Shown: piece after piece, positions 8,508-12,326 of the stretch
How positions within the stretch are numbered: the stretch's first letter is position 1
How the letters are laid out: each line of letters begins with the position of its first letter
Source of the DNA: Candidatus Aenigmatarchaeota archaeon
GTDB lineage: Archaea; Aenigmatarchaeota; Aenigmatarchaeia; CG10238-14; SCSR01
Direction: 5' to 3'
Length of the DNA stretch: 12,326 nucleotides
Assembly (NCBI GenBank): GCA_039000165.1
Contig: JAWBTW010000019.1
Location: forward strand, 1 to 12,326
The notes under the pieces: model-generated
Seen by the model: the letters and a program-made list of their open reading frames with translations, nothing else
Databases searched by the model: none
Told to the model about the DNA's origin: nothing
Translations under genes and position numbers: made by a program

Positions 8508-8531
8508 TTATCGAAACATAAAATAAAGATT
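8503..8531. repeat. Inverted repeat at array trailer (9-bp stem, 11-nt loop)
   Basis: AATCTTTAT (8503-8511) and ATAAAGATT (8523-8531) are exact reverse complements. Function unknown; possibly a transcript-end structure. Confidence 0.45.
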
Positions 8532-8635
8532 ATTGACATGCAACTTTCCGTTTAGTTCAAAGAAATTTATCCTTAAAAAAGACAATCCTCCAAATAATTA
8601 AGAAGGATTAAATCAAAATTAAGTTGAATTTTTCA

Positions 8636-8845
8636 CTACACTTTATTAAACCTTTCTTTTTTAGCTTCTAACTCACTGACACGTTGCCAAAATTCACCGT
8701 CATTGTACCATTTTATAAGTTCTTTTTTTATCATTTGGCTAACTATTTTCTCCACAATTTCTTTGGCATCAAGGCTATACCATTTACATTTCTCAACGAA
8801 CTCGTCTGGAACTTCTATCAAAATTTTATCTAAAGAAATTCTCAT
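8636..8845 (-). CDS. Small ribbon-helix-helix (CopG/VapB/CcdA-like) protein, 69 aa
   Basis: Strong archaeal SD (GTGGTGA) just upstream of the ATG. The pattern ILIEVPDEFVEKCK..LDAKEIVEKIVSQMIKKE fits a strand-helix-helix antitoxin/regulator. Confidence 0.6.
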   Translation of the reverse strand: MRISLDKILIEVPDEFVEKCKWYSLDAKEIVEKIVSQMIKKELIKWYNDGEFWQRVSELEAKKERFNKV

Positions 8846-8922
8846 TTCATCACCACTTCAAATTTAGTTTTTAAAAATAAAAAATTTCTCATAAAATTCA
8901 ACGTTTTACATCAAAGTTCTAA

Positions 8923-8952
8923 CTTTCTTTTTTCATTAGTCTAGATTTTCAT
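8923..8952 (-). repeat. Solitary degenerate CRISPR repeat, opposite orientation to the array
   Basis: The - strand reads ATGAAAATCTAGACTAATGAAAAAAGAAAG versus repeat GTTAAAATC-AGACTAATGTAGGATTGAAAG. Blocks AAAATC, AGACTAATG and terminal GAAAG are conserved, with one insertion and one deletion. Confidence 0.65.
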
Positions 8953-8963
8953 ATTAACATATA

Positions 8964-8990
8964 TAGAGTTAGCAAAAACTACTAACTCTA
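8964..8990. repeat. Perfect 9-bp inverted repeat TAGAGTTAG-N9-CTAACTCTA
   Basis: Arms 8964-8972 and 8982-8990 are exact reverse complements. Confidence 0.6.
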
Positions 8991-9032
8991 GATCCTAATA
9001 AAAATACATATAAAATAAAAAAAATACAAAAT

Positions 9033-9055
9033 TGGGAAATGGGAAAATGGGAAAA
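9033..9055. repeat. Short tandem repeat TGGGAAA(A) x3
   Basis: TGGGAAA TGGGAAAA TGGGAAAA in an otherwise G-poor intergenic stretch. Confidence 0.7.
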
Positions 9056-9115
9056 GTAGGACTTATAAATAAAAATTTCTTTAAAATGTAATCGCTAATG
9101 AAATACTTTCTAATT

Positions 9116-9208
9116 TTAAAATAAAGAATCTTTAATCTCTTCACTAGGTTCAACAAGCATCAGCTTTCCTTCTTTCCTTAGTTTACTCAAAAAACTTACT
9201 TTTCTCAT
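9116..9208 (-). pseudogene. Truncated, frameshifted HEPN-domain gene remnant (partner of the MNT gene)
   Basis: ATG 9208 overlaps the 3' end of the MNT gene and reads MRKVSFLSKLRKEGKLMLVEPSEEIKDSLF*. From memory this resembles the N-terminus of archaeal HEPN proteins encoded after wHTH-MNT genes. Removing one T gives ...IKDSYFK, after which the similarity is lost. Confidence 0.6.
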
Positions 9209-9737
9209 AAAATTCTTCTACTCCTTTAATTATCACATGATCTTTTTCAATTTCTTTGATTAAAGGATTAGAGCTATCATAAATTCCAATCTTAACACTT
9301 AGCCTAGAATCTAAGCTTTCTATTTCCTTTTTAAGCTTTTCATCATCAGTTTCGACAAAAATATCTACATCACTTCCCTTTTTTGCTTGAAACTTTGCAT
9401 AAGAACCAAAAATTACAGCAAGCTTTACTTTATCGTTTTTTTGAATTAAAGCTACAACTCTTTTGAGCTGAGGATAAGATCTAATAAACTCAATTAGTTT
9501 GAAGAATTCCACGATAAAAACGTAAGTTTTAGCTTCTAAAGACTTTTTCACAAAAAACACTTTGTTTTTTCCTGCTTGCTCAAAATCTATTACATTAGCC
9601 TCAACCATTTTTTTAAGTTTTCTTAAAATTGTGGTATGATTTGTTTTAAGCCTTTTGGCTATTTCTCTTGCATGCAATTTTTCTTTAAGCAACAATTCTA
9701 AAATTTTTATGGTTAAAATTTGTTCCATATGGAACAT
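9183..9737 (-). CDS. wHTH (ArsR-like) fused to minimal nucleotidyltransferase (MNT antitoxin-like)
   Basis: LHAREIAKRLKTNHTTILRKLKKMVEANVIDF wHTH followed by IFGSYAK...GSDVDIFV (GS-x10-DxD Pol-beta motif). Likely start is ATG 9737 or 9728 rather than 9830, because a BRE-TATA lies at 9751-9764. Confidence 0.9.
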   Translation of the reverse strand: MFHMEQILTIKILELLLKEKLHAREIAKRLKTNHTTILRKLKKMVEANVIDFEQAGKNKVFFVKKSLEAKTYVFIVEFFKLIEFIRSYPQLKRVVALIQKNDKVKLAVIFGSYAKFQAKKGSDVDIFVETDDEKLKKEIESLDSRLSVKIGIYDSSNPLIKEIEKDHVIIKGVEEFYEKSKFFE

Positions 9738-9764
9738 TTTTGTTCCAAAATATTTAAGCTTTTC
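9721..9764 (-). promoter_or_regulatory. BRE-TATA promoter and palindromic operator-like site of the wHTH-MNT gene
   Basis: The - strand has GAAAAGCTTAAATA at 9764-9751. A perfect 16-bp palindrome TGTTCCATATGGAACA lies at 9721-9736, with a third half-site TGTTCCA at 9741-9747. Confidence 0.7.
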
Positions 9765-9965
9765 TAAACTCAAAAAATTCCATAATTTTTCCAAATGTCT
9801 GTCTTCTTTTCCTAAATTTTTAATGATCATAATAAAAAGCTCAGAAAAAAGAAAAAATTAAATTTTTAGAACTTTCAAGAGTGGTGAATTATGCTCAAAA
9901 ATAAGGCTCTTAGCTATTTCTTAACATTAAGAAAATTTGTTTAAAAAAACTTTAAAATAATAAAC

Positions 9966-11000
9966 ATGAAGTTTATTCTTACTTGCGATCCAGGCTTTGA
10001 AGATATAGTAAAGCTAGAGCTAAAAGAAAAAATAAAAAGCGCAAAATTCTTGGGCAAGATAAAAAACTTACCAGGAAAAGTTTTAATCGAAACAAAATCC
10101 TCAAAAAAACTTTTTTCTTTCAGATCAATTCATCATATAGCAAAACTAATCTCTTCTTTCCAAATTTCAACTCTTGATAGAAATGCTCTAGAAGAAATAG
10201 CTCTAAAACTTGAAAAAATAAACCTTTCAAAAATTTTTAAAAATAAGAAAAGTTTTAGGGTTACTTCTCAAAGAATAGGCTTGCATTCCTTCACTTCTGT
10301 TGAAATCCAAAAGGTTGCTGGCCAAGTTATAAAAGAAAAATATAAGCTAAAAGTTGATCTTAAAAATTTTGATGTTAACTTGAGAGTTGATGTTTTTGGA
10401 AAAGATGTTTTGATTTCTTCCCAACTAACAAAAGAATCTTTATACAAAAGGTTTAAGCTCCCTTTTGTACATCCAGCAGCGATAAAGTCAACAATAGCTT
10501 ATGGTTTAATAAGAATGGCAAATGTTAAGGAAAATGAAACAGTTCTTGACCCTATGTGCGGGGGTGGAACAATTCTTTTAGAGTTAGCAAGCTTGTTTAA
10601 AAACAGAATAAAAATTTTTGGAAGTGACATAAACAAAAAGTTTGTTGAAGGAGCGATGAAAAACGCTAAGGCTAATAAGCTAGAGAATTTCATAAATTTT
10701 AAGGTTTTGGACGCAACAAAGCTTGAAGAGGCTTTTTCCAAAAATTCAATAGACAAAATAATTACAGATTTGCCTTACGGAATAAGGATTAGAAGAAAAA
10801 ACTTAAAATCTCTTTACGAGAAATTTTTGATTTCATCTTACGAAGTTTTAAAAGATTCTGGAAGGATTGTAGCTTTAACTTTAAGAGCAGACTCTTTTCG
10901 AACCTTTGTGATAAGGACAAAAAAGTTTAAAATTGTGGAAGAAAGAGTTATAGAATCTGGAGGTTTATATCCCCATGTTTTTGTGCTAGAGAAAATTTAG
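9966..11000 (+). CDS. trm14: THUMP-domain tRNA guanine-N2 methyltransferase (Trm14/TrmN-like)
   Basis: N-terminal TCDPGFEDIV, THUMP region (SFRVTSQRIGLHSFTSVEI..VDLKNFD), HPAAIKSTIA, LDPMCGGGTILLE SAM motif and TDLPYG. Confidence 0.85.
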   Translation: MKFILTCDPGFEDIVKLELKEKIKSAKFLGKIKNLPGKVLIETKSSKKLFSFRSIHHIAKLISSFQISTLDRNALEEIALKLEKINLSKIFKNKKSFRVTSQRIGLHSFTSVEIQKVAGQVIKEKYKLKVDLKNFDVNLRVDVFGKDVLISSQLTKESLYKRFKLPFVHPAAIKSTIAYGLIRMANVKENETVLDPMCGGGTILLELASLFKNRIKIFGSDINKKFVEGAMKNAKANKLENFINFKVLDATKLEEAFSKNSIDKIITDLPYGIRIRRKNLKSLYEKFLISSYEVLKDSGRIVALTLRADSFRTFVIRTKKFKIVEERVIESGGLYPHVFVLEKI

Positions 11001-11065
11001 CTTGCGTTTTCAAGCAAAAGCTGAAAAATAAACCTTATTTAACTTAAACTTCTGCAATTTAAAAT

Positions 11066-12326
11066 ATGAAAGTTTATCTCAAAGCTTTTGGCTGCTCAGC
11101 AAGCTTTTCAGATTCAGAAATAATGGCAGGCTTGTTAAAAGAAAACGGTTTTGAAATAGTTGATAGAGAAGAAAAAAGCAATCTAAATATTTTAGTTACT
11201 TGTAACGTTAAGCTACCAACTGAAAAAAGAATGATAAACGAAATCAAAAAGTTTTCAAGCTTGAATAAGCCTTTGATAGTTGCTGGTTGCATGCCTTCTA
11301 CGCAAAAAGAGCTAATAGAAAAAATTAACCCGAAAGCAAGCTTGCTTGGCCCAAATTCTATTTCAAAAATTGTTGAAGCTGTTAAAGAAACTATGGAAGG
11401 AAAAAAAGTAGTTTTTCTGGAAAACTTGAAGGAGCCTAAGGTTTGCTTGCCAAGGGTTCAAAGAAGTAAAGTAATCCACATAACCCAAATCTCTACAGGC
11501 TGCAACTTGGCTTGCAGCTATTGTATTGTAAGAATTAACAAGGGAAATTTGTTTTCCTTTCCTTTTGATTTGATAGTTAAAGATGTTGAAAATGCAATAA
11601 AAAAAGGGAAAAAGGAAGTTTGGATAACTTCTCAAGACAACTCTTCTTACAATTATGAAGGAAAAAATCTAGCTAACTTGCTAGAAAAAATTTGTGAAAT
11701 AGAAGGAAAATTTTTTGTAAGGGTAGGAATGGTTAACCCTTTCTACACAAGAAAAATTTTAGAAGAATTGATTCAAGCTTATAAGAATGAAAAAGTTTTC
11801 AAGTTTTTACATTTACCGATACAATCCTTTAGCGAGAGTGTTCTAGAAAAAATGAGAAGAGGATATAAGCCAAAAGATGCCTTAGAAATTATAGAAAAGT
11901 TCTACGAAGCTTTCCCTCATTTAACTCTTTCTACTGATATTATAGTTGGCTTTCCCTCAGAAACAGAGCAAGACTTCCAAGAAACTTTAAAATTTATAGA
12001 AAAAGTTAAGCCAGACATAGTTAACATTTCAAAGTTTGGCCCAAGGCCAGGAACAGAAGCAGCAAAGATGAAGCAGCTTCCTCAAGCTACTATAAAGAAA
12101 AGGTCTAAAGAGGCTTTTGAGCTTGTTAGAAGGATTTCTTTCGAAAAAAATCAGAGATGGTTAAACTGGGAAGGCTTATGCTTAATAGATGAGAAAGGAG
12201 CGAAAAGCAAAACTTTCATAGCAAGAAACTTTGCTTACAAGCCAATAGTTGTGAAAAGCGAAAAAAATTTGCTTGGCCAATTCAAAAATGTTAGAATAAC
12301 TGAAGCAAAGAGCAATTACTTAATCG
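11066..12326 (+). CDS. mtaB: MiaB-family radical SAM tRNA methylthiotransferase (archaeal MtaB type), 3'-truncated by window edge; absent from the ORF track because it has no stop in the window
   Basis: MKVYLKAFGCSAS...VTCNVK...VAGCMP (UPF0004 cysteines), ISTGCNLACSYC (CxxxCxxC), HLPIQS, TDIIVGFPSET, FGPRPGTEA and a C-terminal TRAM-like region running off the end. Confidence 0.92.
   Translation, partial: MKVYLKAFGCSASFSDSEIMAGLLKENGFEIVDREEKSNLNILVTCNVKLPTEKRMINEIKKFSSLNKPLIVAGCMPSTQKELIEKINPKASLLGPNSISKIVEAVKETMEGKKVVFLENLKEPKVCLPRVQRSKVIHITQISTGCNLACSYCIVRINKGNLFSFPFDLIVKDVENAIKKGKKEVWITSQDNSSYNYEGKNLANLLEKICEIEGKFFVRVGMVNPFYTRKILEELIQAYKNEKVFKFLHLPIQSFSESVLEKMRRGYKPKDALEIIEKFYEAFPHLTLSTDIIVGFPSETEQDFQETLKFIEKVKPDIVNISKFGPRPGTEAAKMKQLPQATIKKRSKEAFELVRRISFEKNQRWLNWEGLCLIDEKGAKSKTFIARNFAYKPIVVKSEKNLLGQFKNVRITEAKSNYLI

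Noticed and set aside
8584..8613. AATCCT...AGGATT weak stem with a repeat-end-like AGGATTAAA in the trailer
   Set aside because: Short, out of phase with the array period, and too weak to call a repeat or terminator.
9738..9830. N-terminal extension of the MNT ORF as given in the ORF track
   Set aside because: Contains the BRE-TATA and an operator half-site; the wHTH domain starts downstream.
11000..11015. GCTTG-N6-CAAGC hairpin after trm14
   Set aside because: Only a 5-bp stem, built from a word over-represented in this region.

Overview
AT-rich archaeal window. Archaeal origin is supported by BRE/TATA promoters, GGTGA Shine-Dalgarno (SD) sites and archaeal-type Trm14 and MtaB; a DPANN-like host is only an inference. 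Bases 1-6347 hold a type I CRISPR-Cas operon on the + strand: cas7 (5'-truncated by the window edge), cas5, fused HD-helicase cas3, a divergent 336-aa putative large subunit (cas8), cas4, cas1 and cas2. A 98-nt leader follows, then an array of 29 identical 30-nt repeats (GTTAAAATCAGACTAATGTAGGATTGAAAG) plus one degenerate terminal repeat, with 29 spacers of 36-45 nt except one of 64 nt. Downstream on the - strand are a small RHH-like gene, a solitary degenerate repeat oriented opposite to the array, a frameshifted HEPN-like remnant, and its wHTH-MNT partner with a palindromic operator-like site. The window ends with trm14 and mtaB (3'-truncated). The most unusual items are the hybrid I-A/I-B-like architecture with an unrecognised Cas8, the inverted orphan repeat (possible crRNA-like regulator or relic array), the 64-nt spacer, and a spacer whose peptide resembles IS110/Nop-domain proteins. 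All family calls come from motif reading by eye; no searches were run.
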